A stretch of DNA of 64,000 bases, from contig CAXXWS020000003.1 of assembly GCA_963665325.3 (NCBI GenBank), forward strand, positions 864,001 through 928,000, read 5' to 3'. The notes beneath the pieces are model-generated. The model ran no database searches and had not been told where the DNA came from. It saw only the letters and a program-made list of their open reading frames with translations. Source of the DNA: Alphaproteobacteria bacterium (GTDB lineage Bacteria; Pseudomonadota; Alphaproteobacteria; Bin95). This document shows positions 48,701 to 63,700 of this stretch, piece by piece (the stretch's first letter is position 1; each line of letters begins with the position of its first letter). The position numbers were made by a program, and so were the translations under genes.

Positions 48701-51700
48701 ATGAAGACCTGGACACGGGGTCCACGCCTGGGAACGGCGCCTTCGATGTCACGGTGGGTGGCGCGGATGTCTCGGTCAGTAACGTCTCGATCGGCGGCGC
48801 AAAGGTTACCCTGACGCTGGCGACCGCGGCGGAGACGGGGGATGCGGTCGTGGTTTCCTACACGGTCCCGGCCAACAATCCCATCCGGGACGAGGCGGAA
48901 AACATGGCTGCGGCGTTCAGCAACGAGTCGGTGACCAACAACACCGGGGAAGATTCGGACGCCACGCTCAGCGCCCTCACCCTCACAGAGACGGACGGCA
49001 CGGCCATATCGCTGAACCGGACCTTCGCCTCCGGCACAACGAGCTACACGGCCTCGGTCGCGGCCGATATCGACCAGGTCACCATCGCCGCAACCGCCAG
49101 CAACGGCAGCGCCACGGTCGCCTACACGCCGTCAACCGACGCAGACACGACCGAAGACGACCACCAGGTCAATCTGGCCTTCGGCGACAAGACCCTGCGG
49201 GCGACCGTCACCGCGGCGGACGGCATCACGACCGAGACCTACAGCATCACGGTGACGCGCGCACGGGCCGCGGTCGCGTACCACGCCTCGTCAATGAACC
49301 AACAGGTCCCCGAGGACAACACCTCGATCACGTTCACGGTGACGCTCACCCCCGCGATGAGCGAGAGCGTGGTCGTGAACTACGCGACCGAGGACTACCC
49401 GACCCCGGGGGATCAAAATCACGGATATGCCGGCCACGACTACACCGCGGCTTCCGGCAGCCTCACCTTCGCCGCCAACGAGACGTCGAAGACGTTCCAG
49501 GTGCCGATCCTGGAGGACTCCCTCGACGAGGATGACGAGCGGCTCTTCGTGACCCTCTCGTTACCCGCAAACACGAATAACGCGGAGCTGTCGGGCTCGC
49601 CCACGGCCCTACCCTTGATACTCGACGACGATCCCGAGCCGTCGATCGGCATTGCCGCTGCAAGCGCGGACGAGGGAGACCCGGTCACCTTTACCGTGAG
49701 CCTGTCGGAAGTGAGCGGCAGAGACGTGACGGTGGACTATGCGACCTCGGTCAGAAACGGCGACAGCGCCACCTCGGGCGTCGATTTCACGGCGGCAGCC
49801 GCCGAAACCGTGACGATACCTGCCGGCGCCGCGTCGGCCACATTTTCCATCGCCACGGCAGAGGACAGCCACTACGAAGACGGTGAGACCTTCACCGTCA
49901 CCCTGAGTTCGCCGGCTGCCGGGACACTGTCATCGGACCCACTGCGGGCCACCGGCACCATCGACAATGACGACGTTCTCGAACAGGTCACCGGCGTCAC
50001 GACCGCCCCGGGCGACGGGACGCTCACGATAGGCTGGACCGCCGTGGCCGGCGCCGGGGGCTACAAGCTGCAATGGAAATCCGGAACCCAGGACTACAGC
50101 GCCACCATAAGCGACAATCGCCAGGCGACGGTCTCATCCGGAACCGCCACGTCCCATGAACTCACGGGATTGACCAACGACACCGAGTACACGGTCCGGG
50201 TCGCCGCCACTCACAGCGACGCCGACGACGGCGCATGGTCGGTCGAAAAAACGGGAACCCCGATACCGCCGAATACGCCCGCGTCGGGCGCCCCGACGAT
50301 TTCGGGCGAGGCGTCGGTGGGCGAGGAGTTGACCGCCGATACCGGCGGAATCGCCGATGCGAACGGCATGACCACAGCGGTCTACGCCTATCAATGGATC
50401 CGGGTGGACAGCGACGGCGCCAGCAATGCGACCGACATCGCCAACGCAACCAGCCGCAAGTACACCCTGGTCGACGACGACGAAGGCAAGAAAATCAAGG
50501 TCAAGGTGGATTTCACCGATGATCGGGGATTTGCGGAGACGAGCACGAGCGCGGCCTATCCCGGCGCCGGCACGGTCGGTCCGCGCAAGAGCAGCGACGC
50601 CACGCTCAGCGCCCTCGCCCTCGAAGAGACGGACGGCACGTCCATATCGCTGAGCCCGGGGTTCGCCGCCGGCACAACGAGCTACACGGCCGAGGTCGAA
50701 GCCGACGTCGCCCGGATCACGATCGCCGCGACCGCCACCCATTCGGCCGCGGGCGTCGCCTACACGCCCGCCACCGATGCGGATACCGTCGAAGACGGCC
50801 ACCAGGTCAATCTGTCCATTGGCGATAATACGCTCACGGTCGTGGTGACCGCCGAGGACGAAAGCACGCAAACCTACACGGTCACGGTCACGCGCAAGAG
50901 CGACGACGCCACGCTCAGCGCCCTCGCCCTGGAAGAGACGGACGGCACGTCCATATCGCTGAGCCCGGGGTTTGCCTCCGGCAGAACGAGCTACACGGCC
51001 GAGGTCGAAGCCGACGTCAGCCGGATCGCGATCGCCGCGACCGCCACCCATTCGGCCGCGAGCGTCGCCTACACGCCCGCCACCGATGCGGATACCGTCG
51101 AAGACGGCCACCAGGTCAACCTGTCCATTGGCGAGAATACGCTCACGGTCGTCGTGACCGCCGAGGACGAGAGCACGCAAACCTACACGGTCACGGTCAC
51201 GCGCAAGAGCAGTGACGCCACGCTCAGCGCCCTCGTCCTCGAAGAGACGGACGGCACGTCCATATCGCTGAACCGGACTTTCGCCTCCGGCACAACGAGC
51301 TATACCGCCGAGGTCGAAGCGGACGTCGCCCGGATCACGATCGCCGCGACCGCCACCCATTCGGCCGCGAGCCTCGCCTACACGCCCGCCACCGATGCGG
51401 ATACCGTCGAAGACGGCCACCAGGTCAACCTGTCCATTGGCGAGAATACGCTCACGGTCGTCGCGACCGCCGAGGACGAAAGCACCCAAAGCTACACGGT
51501 CAAGGTCACGCGCAATCCGCCGAAAGCCGCAATCGCCGCAGGACACCAGGTCACCGAAGACAACACGACCCTCACGTTCACAGTGACCCTCACCCCGGCG
51601 GTCGATGAGACCGTGGTGGTGGACTACGACACCTATTCGACGGGTGTAGGCGACTTCGCGGTGGCAGGCGAGGACTACACCGCGGTCTCGGGCAGTCTCA

Positions 51701-54700
51701 CCTTCGCGGCAAACGAAACCTCCAGGACTTTCGACGTGAACATTCTGGAGGATGCGGCCGACGAAAACGACGAGGACTTCTACGTAAGGCTCCTCCTGCC
51801 CAGGGGCGCAACGAATGTGGCGCTCGGCTTCCCGTTCCAGACGATCCTCATATTCGACGACGACGACCCCCCCACCATCGGCATCGCCGATGCCAGCGGA
51901 GACGAAGGGGATCCGGTCTCATTCACGGTGAGCCTGTCGGAGGCGAGCGGCAAGGACGTTTCCTTCCGCTACACGACCTCCATCGAAAGTGACGACACGG
52001 CGACGTCGGGCACCGATTTCACGGCGGTGACCAATCGGACCGTTACCATCGCACCCGGAAACGCGTCCACCACGCTGACCGTCGACACGATCGAAGACAG
52101 CGCCTTCGAGGACGACGAGACCTTCACCGTCACCTTGAGCGGGCCACCCTCGGGCACGGAGTTGAACGCGACCCTGCCCTCGGGCACCGCCGCGACCGGG
52201 ACCATCGTCGACGACGAAAAACTCACCAAGGTCTCCGGAGTCACGGCGACCGCCGGCGACGGCATGCTCACCGTCGAGTGGACCGCGGTGACCAGCGCCC
52301 AGGGCTACAAGCTGCAGTGGAAGTCGGAAGAGGACGACGACTACAGCGCCTTGAGCACCGACAACCGCGAGGCGGTCATCCCGTCGGGGACGACGACCTC
52401 CCATGCGCTTCCCGGACTCACCAACGGGCTCGAATACACGGTGCGCGTCGCGGCGACCCACACTCTCGTCGGTGACGGCGCATGGTCCAGCGAAGCGTCC
52501 GGGACGCCGTCACTGCCCGCCACCTCCGGACCGGACCTGAGCAGCGCCACGGTCAGCGGCACGACGCTGGTGCTCACCTACGATGAGGATCTCGACCCGG
52601 ATTCGGCGCCGGCGGCGGGCGATTTCGCGGTGACGGTAGCCGGATCGTCGGTCGCCGTGAGCACGGTCGAGGTGAGCGGCAAGACGATTACGCTGACACT
52701 CGCCACCGCCGCCGGGCATGGCGACACCGTGAGACTGAGCTACACGGTCCCGGTCAGCAACCCCGTCCAGGACGGGGACGGGAATGAAGCCGTGGCGCTT
52801 ACCGGTCAGGCCGTGACCAACAGCACGCCCGACACCACCGCGCCGGCCCTGAGCACGGCGACGGTCGACGGCACTTCGCTGACGCTGGCTTACGACGAGA
52901 ACCTGGACGCCTCCTCCACGCCGGCAGCGGGCGATTTCGCGGTGACGGTGGCCGGGTCGTCCATCACCGTGAGCACGGTCGAAGTGAGCGGCAAGACGGT
53001 CACGCTGACACTCGCCACCAGCGCCGCATACGGCGATGCCGTGAGCCTCAGCTACACGGTGCCGGCCAACAACCCCATTCAGGACGAGGCCGGGAACGGT
53101 GCGGCGGCCCTGGCCGGCCAGGCCGTGACCAACGCCACGGCGTCGACCGTCGTAGCGCTGTCGCTGAGCCCGAGTTCAATGGCCGAGGACGCCGGTGCGA
53201 CATCGGTGACGGTGACGGGGACGCTCGATGGCGCACCGCGCTCGGCGGACACCACGGTGACGGTGGCGGTGGGAGACACCGGGGACGCTGCCACGGAGGG
53301 AACGGACTACGCGACCGTCGACGATCTCACGCTGACCATCGATGCGGGCGAGACATCCGGGACGGCGACCTTCTCGATGACGCCGACCGACGACGACATC
53401 GACGAGGCGGACGAGGCGGTCTCGGTCGCGGGGTCCACCGCTGCGGCGGGTCTCGACGTGACGCCGGCGACTGTGACCATCCAAGATGACGACACCCGGG
53501 GCGTCGAGGTGTCGACGACGGCGCTGGGCATGTCGGAAGGCGGCAGCGCGACCTACACGGTGGTCCTGACCTCGCAGCCGACGGACACGGTGACGGTGAC
53601 GCCGTCGGTGAGCGGCGATTCGGACGTGACGGTGAGTCCGACTTCCCTCGACTTCACGACCTCGGCTTGGAGTACCGCGCTGACGGTCACCGTTGCCGCG
53701 GCGCAGGATACCGACTCCGACGACGACGAGGCAACGGTGGCGCACGCGGTGTCCGGCGGCGACTATGCCGGCGAGACCGCGGGCGGCGTGACGGTGTCCG
53801 TGCTTGACGACGAAGCCGCCCCGGCGATCGTCGCCGGGGGCGTGGAGGTCACCTCCTTCCCGCGGGCGACCTACAACACCTATGGCGTGGACGAGACCGT
53901 CGCGGTCAGCGTGACGTTCGACACGGACGTGGAGGTGAACACGGCCGGCGGCACGCCCTACATCGAGGTGGAGTTCAAGAACGCCGCTGCCAACGCCACC
54001 GAAAAGCACTTCAGCTACGCGAGCGGTTCCGGCAGCGCCACGCTGGTGTTCGAGTACGAGGTGCAGGCCGCCGACAGGGACGATGACGGGATCAGGATCG
54101 GGAGCAACGCGCTGGTGCTGAACGGTGGCACCATCCGGGATACCGACGGCCGGGACGCCCGACCCGCGCATGCCGGCGCCGGCCGGCAGGACGGGCACCG
54201 GGTCGACGGGAGGGAGGCGGTCGGGCCGGCGGAGCTGTTGGGGTTCAATATCAGGTCGATAGACGGCTTTTTTGCCCTGCCGTCCAGCCCGGCTTTCGAT
54301 CCGGAGACCACGGCATACACGGCCTCGGTCCCTTACGATACCAGGTTGATCAGAGTGCGGGCATTCCCGGAGGAGGGTGGCGACGCGACCATCCTGCCGG
54401 CCGACATCGGGCTCCATGCTTCGTTCCACGCAGTTGCCCTGGGCGTGGGTCCGAACGAAATCACGGTCACGGCGTCACGAACCGGCGTCCCCGACCGGAT
54501 CTACACCATGACCGTGACGCGGGCGAAGCCGACCGTCACCATCGCCGCGGCCGAATCCTCCTTGACCTACCGTCTCGAAGACCTGTCCTTCACGGTGACC
54601 CGGAACCTCGCTATCGACGAAGCGCTGGACGTGAGCGTCGCGTTCGAGCAGGACCAGGACTTCCTTCCCGCATCCGGGCTGGCGCACGCCGTGAGCATCC

Positions 54701-57700
54701 CGGCCAATGAGACTTCGGCAACGCTGACCCTCGAAGCCGGCGACTTCACCGGCGGCGCCACCGCGGACGGCGCCCTCACCGCGGCCATCGCCGAGAGCGA
54801 CGGCTACAATAACGGCGCCCCCGATTCCGCAAGCGTGGACTTCGTCGTGGCGGACCCGGCGGTTACGGTACGCTTCGATCGCTCCGCCTACACGTTCCTC
54901 GAGGATGCCGGCGCCGTCACGCTCGACATCGTTGCAGAGACGGCGCCAGGCGTGGTGCTGTCGGATGCATTCTCCCTGTCCGTCGTGACGCTCGGCGACC
55001 AGGACTCCGCGGTCAGCGGAAGCGACTACATCCTGGGCTCCGGGGGCGTGGCCTTCCGGGCGGCCGACTTCGCCGCATCGAACGGCGCTCTGGCGGCAAC
55101 CGCGTCGATCGACCTGACGCTGCTCGATGACAATGCCACAGAAGGAGAGGAATCGTTCACCATCCAGCTCCTCGCGAACGGTTTTCCCCCGGCGGCTACC
55201 CTGGTTCAGGGCGATGGAACCGCTTGCCCCGGCGATGGTTGCCGTTCGAAGGTGACGATCGTCGACGACGAGAGCCCGCCTCCCCAGGTCACCGGAGTGG
55301 AGGTCACGGCGGGGGTCGGTTCGCTGATCGTGGACTGGACCGCCGTTGCCGGCGCGACCGGTTACAAGGTGCAGTGGAAGTCCGGGACGGAAACATTCTC
55401 GGATGCGGCCACCGACGACCGGGAGGCGACCGTGTCGTCCGGGTCGACCACCAGCCATACCATCTCGGGGCTCACCGACGGCACCGCTTACACGGTGCGG
55501 GTGATCGCCACGAGGACCGGCGGGACTGGCGACGGCCCGGCCTCCGCCGAGACAACCGGCACGCCGGGACTGCCGACACTGACGATTGCGGACGCGTCGG
55601 CGACGGAGGGGAGTGCGGTCGAGTTCACGGTGAGCTTGAGCCCGGCGGCGGACCAGGCGGTGACGGTCTTGTACGCGGCGAGCGACGGCACGGCGACGGC
55701 GGACGGGGCGCATGAGGACGGGGCGGACTACACCGCGCCGGCGAGCGACGCGGCGCTGATCTTCGATGCGGGCGAGACGAGCGCGACGATCACCGTCGCG
55801 ACCGGCGACGACACGGTGGACGAGGACGACGAGAGCTTCACCGTGACCTTGTCGGACCCGTCTTCGAACGCGTTGCTGGGCGCCGCGAAGACGGCGACCG
55901 GAACGATCGTCGACGACGACACCGACCCGGCCGAGGTCACCGGCGTCGCGTTCGAGAACGCGCCTGCGAGCGGCGAGTACGCCCTGGGCGACGCGATCGA
56001 GGTGAGCGTGACCTTCGACACGGCGGTGGAGGTGACGGGCGCGCCGCGGGTTCGGCTGGCGATGCCGGGCACGGCGGCGAGCGCGAGCTACGCACTCTAC
56101 GACGCGAGTGCGAGCACCGAGACGGTGCTGGCGTTTCGCCGCACGGTGACGGGGGATGACGACGACGCGGACGCGATCTCCGTGGCCGCGGACGGCCTGG
56201 AGCTGAACGGCGGCAGCATCGTGAACAAGGGGACGACGGTGGCCGCGGTGCTGGGTCACGACGCCGTGCAGGGCGAAGACATCCGCACGCGCTCGGTCGA
56301 GGGGATCGCGGTCACGTCGGAGCCCGAGGTGGAGGCGCCGGAGGGGATCTACGGCCCCGGCGAGGAGGTCTCGTTCACGGTGACGTTCGCCGAGGCGGTC
56401 ACGGTGGATGACAGCGGCGGGGACCCCGGTCTGGTGTTCGTCGCGAGCGACGGCGCCCGGCAGGAGGCGGCCTATGCGAGCGGCTCGGGCACCGCGTCTC
56501 TGGTGTTCGCGTGGACGGTGCCATCGGAGGTGCCGGGCGCGGAAGGGGCGATCGAGGTACCGGCGAACACGACCGGCGGCGGCACGCTGCTCACCGACGG
56601 CGGCTTGGTCCTCAATGGCGCGACGATCGAGGACGCGCAGGGCCGGGACGTGAACATCCGCCACGGGGCGTATGAGACCGGGTCGGAGGTGGACACGACG
56701 GCGCCGGTGGTGGCGAGCGGTGCGGGCGGTGCGACGGTCGCTGGAACGGTGCTGGTGCTGGCGTTCGAGGGGGCGCCCGGCGTCGCGGACCATCTGGACG
56801 CGGGCTCGGTGCCGGCGGCGGCGGACTTCGCGGTCGTCGTGGCGGGGAGTGCGCGCACGGTGTCCGGCGTGGCGGTGGATGGCGCGACGGTGACGCTCAC
56901 CCTGGCTTCGGCGGTGGGTCACGCGCAGGCGGTGACGGTGAACTACAGCCCTGGCACGAACCCGATCCGGGATCTGTGGGGCAATGCGGCGGCGAGCTTC
57001 GCGGGCCGTTCGGTGCGCAACGACAGCCCGGAGCCGTCGCTTTCGATTGCTGACGTGACGGTGGCGGAGGACGCCGGCAAGGCCACGTTCACGGTGACGC
57101 TGGACGTTGTGAGCGGCGAGGCGGTGACGGTGGACTACGCCACGTCGGACGACACGGCGGAGGCGGGTTCGGACTATGACGACACGAGCGGCACGCTGAC
57201 GATCGCGGCGGGTGCGGCGAGCGCCACGTTCGAGGTGCCGGTGACGGACGACAGCGTGGGCGAGGCTGACGAAGCTTTGACGGTGACGCTATCCGGCGCG
57301 GTGAATGCGACCATCGCCAGGGCGGCGGCCACGGGCACGATCACCGACGACGAGACCCCGACACTGACGATTGCGGATGCGTCTGCGGCGGAGGGGGATG
57401 CGGTCGAGTTCACGGTGACGCTGAGCCCGGCGGCGGACCAGGCGGTGACGGTGGCGTATGCGACGAGCGACGGCACGGCGACGGCGGACGGGGCGCATGA
57501 GGACGGGGCGGACTACACCGCGCCGGCGAGCGACGCGGCGCTGATCTTCGCTGTGGGCGAGACGAGCGCGACGATCGCCATCGCGACCGGCGACGACACG
57601 GTGGACGAGAACGACGAGAGCTTCACGGTGACCTTGTCGGACCCGTCTTCGAACGCGTTGCTGGGCGCCGCGAAGACGGCGACTGGAACGATCGTCGACG

Positions 57701-60700
57701 ACGACACCGACCCTGCCGAGGTCACCGGCGTCGCGTTCGAGAACGCGCCTGCGAGCGGCGAGTACGCCCTGGGCGACGCGATCGAGGTGAGCGTGACCTT
57801 CGACACGGCGGTGGAGGTGACGGGCGCGCCGCGGGTTCGGCTGGCGATGTCGGGCACGGCGGCGAGCGCGCGCTACGCACTCTACGAGGCGAGCGCGAGC
57901 ACCGAGACGGTGCTGGCGTTTCGCCGCACGGTGACGGGGGATGACGACGACGCGGACGCGATCTCCGTGGCCGCGAACGGTCTGGAGCTGAACGGCGGCA
58001 GCATCGTGAACAAGGGGACGGTGGTGGCCGCGGTGCTGGGTCACGACGCTGTGCAGGGCGAAGACATCCGCACGCGCTCGGTCGAGAGCATCGCGGTCAC
58101 GTCCGAGCCCGAGGTGGGGGCGCCGGAGGGCATCTACGGTCCCGGCGAGGAAGTTGCGTTCACGGTGACGTTCGCCGAGGCGGTCACGGTGGACGACAGC
58201 GGCGGGGACCCCGAACTGGTGTTCATCGCGAGCGACGGCGCCCGGCAGGAGGCCGCCTATGCGAGCGGTTCGGGCACCGCGTCTCTGGTGTTCGCGTGGA
58301 CGGTGCCATCGGAGGTGCCGGGCGCGGAAGGGGCGATCGAGGTTCCGGCGAACACGACCGGCGGCGGCACGCTGCTCACCGACGGCGGTCTGGTGCTGAA
58401 CGGCGGGACCATCGAGGACGCGAACGGCCGGGACGTGAACATCCGCCACGGAGCGTATGAGACCGGGTCGGAGGTCGACACGACGGCGCCGGTGGTGGCG
58501 AGCGGTGCGGGCGGCGCGACGGTGGCTGGAACGACCCTTGTTCTGGCGTTCGAGGGGGCGGGCGGCGCCGCGGAGCACCTGGACGCAGGCTCGGTGCCGG
58601 CGGCGGCGGACTTCGCGGTCATGGTGGCGGGGAGTGCGCGGACGGTGTCCGGCGTGGCGGTGGATGGCGCGACGGTGACGCTCACCTTGGCTTCGGCTGT
58701 GGGTCACGCGCAGGCGGTGACGGTGAACTACAGCCCTGGCACGAACCCGATCCGCGATCTGTGGGGCAACGAGGTGGTCGCGTTCAATGGTCGTTCGGTG
58801 CGCAACGACAGCTCGGAGCCGGCGCTTTCGATTGCTGACGTGACGGTGGCGGAGGACGCCGGCAAGGCCACGTTCACGGTGACGCTGGACGTTGTGAGCG
58901 GCGAGGCGGTGACGGTGGACTACGCCACGTCGGACGACACGGCGGAGGCGGGTTCGGACTACACGGCGGCGAGCGGCTCGGTGTCGATCGCGGCGGGTGC
59001 GGCGAGCGACACGTTCGAGGTGCCGGTGACGGACGACAGCGTGGGCGAGGCTGACGAAGCATTCACGGTGACGCTGTCCGACGCGGTGAACGCGGCCATC
59101 GCCAGGGCGGCGGCCACGGGCACGATCACCGACGACGAGACGCCGACACTGACGATTGCGGACGCATCTGCGACGGAGGGGGATGCGGTCGAGTTCACGG
59201 TGACACTGAGCCCGGCGGCGGACCAGGCGGTGACGGTCTTGTACGCGACGAGCGACGGCACGGCGACGGCGGACGGGGCGCATGAGGACGGGGCGGACTA
59301 CACCGCGCCGGCGAGCGACGCGGCGCTGACGATCGCGGCCGGGCAGACGAGCGCGACGATCACCGTCGCGACCGGGAGCGACGCGGTATTCGAGGGCGAC
59401 GAGTCCTTCACGGTGACGCTGTCGGACCCGTCGTCAAATGCAGTGCTCGGCAGCGCGAAGACGGCGACCGGCACCATCGAGAACAACGACGACGCGTCGA
59501 CCGATGCGGCACTGAAGGCGTTGACGTTGAAGGTCGGTGGAAGCGGTGTGGACCTGACCCCTGTCTTCGCGGCCACCACATACAGCTATGAGGTCGACGT
59601 TGCGAACACGGCCGCGACTGTGAACGTGGTAGCCGAACCGAACCACGGCAAGGCGACCGTCGCGATTGGCGGCGATGACGACACGACCTCCCCCGGCGAA
59701 GCGGCGTTGTCCATGGCGTTCGGGGAGAACACCGTCACCGTCACGGTGACGGCGGAGGACGGGAACGCAACGCAGGACTACACCGTGAAGGTGACCCGGG
59801 CCCCGCCCGAGCTGGCGTGGGACCACACCGTCTACTATGTCGGCGAGGATGCAGGCGAGTTGACGCTGACCGTCACGCTCACGCCTGCGAGCACCGACGA
59901 GGTGACGGTCGACTATGCGACGCCGACCGTCGGCTCCGCCGCCGCCGGCGAGGACTTCATCGCAACCAGCGGAACGCTGACCTTCGCGGCGGGCGAGACC
60001 GAGAAAACGGTCAAGGTCACCATCCTGGACGACACTCTCTACGAGCCCGACGGTGCAGGCAACGTCTTCGTGGAGTTGAGCAACCCCACCGGCGCCGCAG
60101 TGCTGGGCGAGGGCCTGTCGGGCACGGTGCTGTTCATGGTAAATGGCGACAACGATGTTCCGCCGACCGCGACGATGGAGAACGTCACGGTCGATGAGGG
60201 TGCGGGGACGATGGAGTTCACGCTCTCGCTCAGCCACGGCGTGGAAACGGACGGGCTGCAGTTCTTCCTCGCATCGAGCGGGGTCGGTGGCACCGCCACT
60301 GCGGGGTCCGACTACGAGTCGTTTATCTCCGGCGCCAGCGCAACCCTCGCTATCCCTTCGCGTGCAACCTCGGCGACGTTCAGCGTGTCCATTCTCGACG
60401 ACGACCTCGACGAGGATGACGAGACGATCACCATGCAGTGGAAGCACTCCAACGTGTATGTGGCGGAAGAGTCGAAATCCATCGACGTCACCGGCACGAT
60501 CACCGACGACGACGAGCGCGGCGTGGCGGTGTCGGCGGCGACGCTGACGGTGCCCGAGGGCAACACCGCCACCTACACGGTGGTGCTGACGTCCGAGCCG
60601 ACAGACACGGTGACGGTGACGCCGTCCCTGGCCACCGGGTCCAGCTCGGACGTGACGTTCAGCCCGACCTCGCTGACCTTCGGGACCGAGGACTGGGATA

Positions 60701-63700
60701 CCGCGCAGACGGTGACGGTCTTGGCCGGCCACGACGACGATGCGGTCGCGGACGCCGCGACGATCGAGCATGCCGCGGCGGGCGGGGACTACGCCTCCGC
60801 GCCAACCGGTGAGGTATCGGTCACCGTGACCGACGACGAGCAGGCATCGACGGCGGTGGCGCTGTCGGTGGACGTGATGTCGGTGGACGAGGATGCGGGG
60901 GCGACCGAGATCACGGTGACCGGCTCGCTCAACGGTGGGACCATCGCGACGGCGACCGACGTGACGGTGTCGGTCGGCGCCGGCACTGCCGCGGCATCCG
61001 ACTTCGCGGCGGTTGCTGACTTCACGCTGACGATCGATGCGGGCGAGACCACGGGCACGGCGACGTTCGCGCTGACGCCGACGGACGACGACGTGGACGA
61101 GGATGACGAGACGCTGTCGGTGACGGGCACGACGACCGCGACGGGTCTGACGGTGACGGGGACGACGGCGACCATCGTAGACGACGACACCCGCGGCGTG
61201 GCGATCTCGGCACCCACGCTGACGGTGCCTGAGGGCAGCACGGCCACCTACACGGTGGTGCTGACCTCGCAGCCGACGGCGACGGTCACGGTGACGCCGG
61301 CGCGGTCCTCGGGTTCAGGCGATGTGACGTTCAGCCCGGCCTCTCTGAGCTTCGGGACCGGGGACTGGAACACGGCGAAGACGGTGACGGTGAGCGCGGC
61401 CGAGGATGACGATGCCGAGGCCGACGAGGCGGTGCTTTCGCATGCGGTCTCGGGCGGCGACTACGGCGCCAACAGCGTGACGGCATCGAGCGTCGATGTG
61501 ACGGTCGGCGACGACGAGACGGCCTCGACGACAGTCGCGCTGAGTGTGAACCCGACATCGGTGGACGAGGACGCCGGCACCACATCGGTAACGGTGACGG
61601 GGACGCTGGACGGGGCGCCGCGAACCGCGGACACGGTGGTGACGGTGTCGGTTGGCGCCACCGGCGATGGTGCTGCGGAGGGGACGGACTACGGGACGGT
61701 TGCCGATCTGACGCTGACGGTCGATGCGGGCGAGACCACGGGCACGGCGATGTTCACGCTGACGCCGACGGACGACGACGTGGATGAGAGTGACGAGACG
61801 CTGTCGGTGACGGGCACGGCGACGGGTCTGACGGTGACGGGGACGACGGCGACCATCGTGGACGACGACGAGCGCGGCGTGACGGTCTCGGCACCCACGC
61901 TGACGGTGCCTGAGGGCAGCACGGCGACCTACACGGTGGTACTGACCTCGCAGCCGACGGCGACGGTGACGGTGACGCCGTCCCGGTCCTCGGGTTCCGG
62001 CGATGTGACGTTCAGCCCGGCCTCTCTGAGCTTCGGTACCGGGGACTGGAACACGGCGAAGACGGTGACGGTGTCGGCGGCCGAGGATGACGATGCCGAG
62101 GCCGACGAAGCGGTGCTTTCGCATGCGGTCTCGGGCGGCGATTACGGCGCCAACAGCGTGACGGCATCGAGCGTCGATGTGACGGTCGGCGACGACGAGA
62201 CGGCCTCGACGACAGTCGCGCTGAGTGTGAACCCGGCGTCGGTCGCTGAAGACGCGGGCGGCACCACCGTGACGGTAACGGGGACGCTGGACGGTGCGCC
62301 CCGGACTGTGGACACGGTGGTGACGGTGTCGGTTGGCGCCACCGGGGACGGCGCCACGGAGGGGACGGACTACGGGACGGTTGCCGACCTGACGCTGACG
62401 GTCGATGCGGGCGAGACCACGGGCACGGCGACGTTCACACTGACGCCGACGGACGACGACGTGGACGAGGGTGACGAGACGCTGTCGGTCGAGGGTGGGC
62501 ACAAGACAATCGACGTCGATGTCGATCACGACAACCTTGAGGAATTGTCGGTGACGGGGACGACGGCGACGATCGTGGACGACGACACCCGCGGCGTGAC
62601 GGTCTCGCCAATCGTGCTGGCGGTGCCTGAGGGCAGCACGGCGACCTACACGGTGGTTCTGACCTCGCAGCCGACGGCGACGGTGACGGTGACGCCGTCC
62701 CGGTCCTCGGGCTCCGGCGATGTGACGTTCAGCCCGGCCTCTCTGAGCTTCGGTACCGGGGACTGGAGCACGGCGAAGACGGTGACGGTGTCGGCGGCCC
62801 AGGATGACGATGCCGAGGCCGACGAGGCGGTGCTTTCGCATGCGGTCTCGGGCGGCGACTACGGCGCCAACAGCGTGACGGCATCGAGCGTCGATGTGAC
62901 GGTCGGCGACAACGAGACGGCGTCGACGACAGTCGCGCTGAGTGTGAACCCGGCGTCGGTCGCTGAAGACGCGGGCGGCACCACCGTGACGGTGACGGGG
63001 ACGCTGGACGGGGCGCCCCGGACCGCGGACACGGTGGTGACGGTGTCGGTTGGCGCCACCGGGACGGCGCCGCGGAGGGGACGGACTACGGGACGGTCGC
63101 CGACCTGACGCTGACCGTCGATGCGGGCGAGACCACGGGCACGGCGACGTTCACGCTGACGCCGACGGACGACGATGTGGACGAGGGTGACGAGACGCTG
63201 TCGGTCGCAGGCACGACGACCGCGACGGGTCTGACGGTGACGGAGACGATGGCAACCATCGTGGACGACGACACCCGCGGTGTGGCGATCTCGGCACCCA
63301 CGCTGACGGTGTCTGAGGGCAGCACGGCGACCTACACGGTGGTTCTGACCTCGCAGCCGACGGCGACGGTGACGGTGACGCCGTCGCGGTCCTCGGGTTC
63401 CGGCGATGTGACGTTCAGCCCGGCCTCCCTGAGCTTCGGTACCGGGGACTGGAGCACGGCGAAGACGGTGACGGTGTCGGCGGCCGAGGATGACGATGCC
63501 GAGGCCGACGAAGCGGTGCTTTCGCACGCGGTCTCGGGCGGCGACTATAGCGCCAACAGCGTGACAGCCTCCGGCGTGGCGGTGACCGTGGACGACGACG
63601 AGACGGCCTCGACGGTCCCGGGTCCGGTGACGGAACTGAGCGCCGAGGGCGTGGCGACGGGTGTCAGTTTGAGTTGGACGGCTCCAGCCGGTCCGATTCG

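Noticed and set aside
46369-63527. Long minus-strand ORFs (e.g. 54475-56922, 57289-59283)
   Set aside because: Arg/His-rich shadows of the biased, repetitive adhesin frame.
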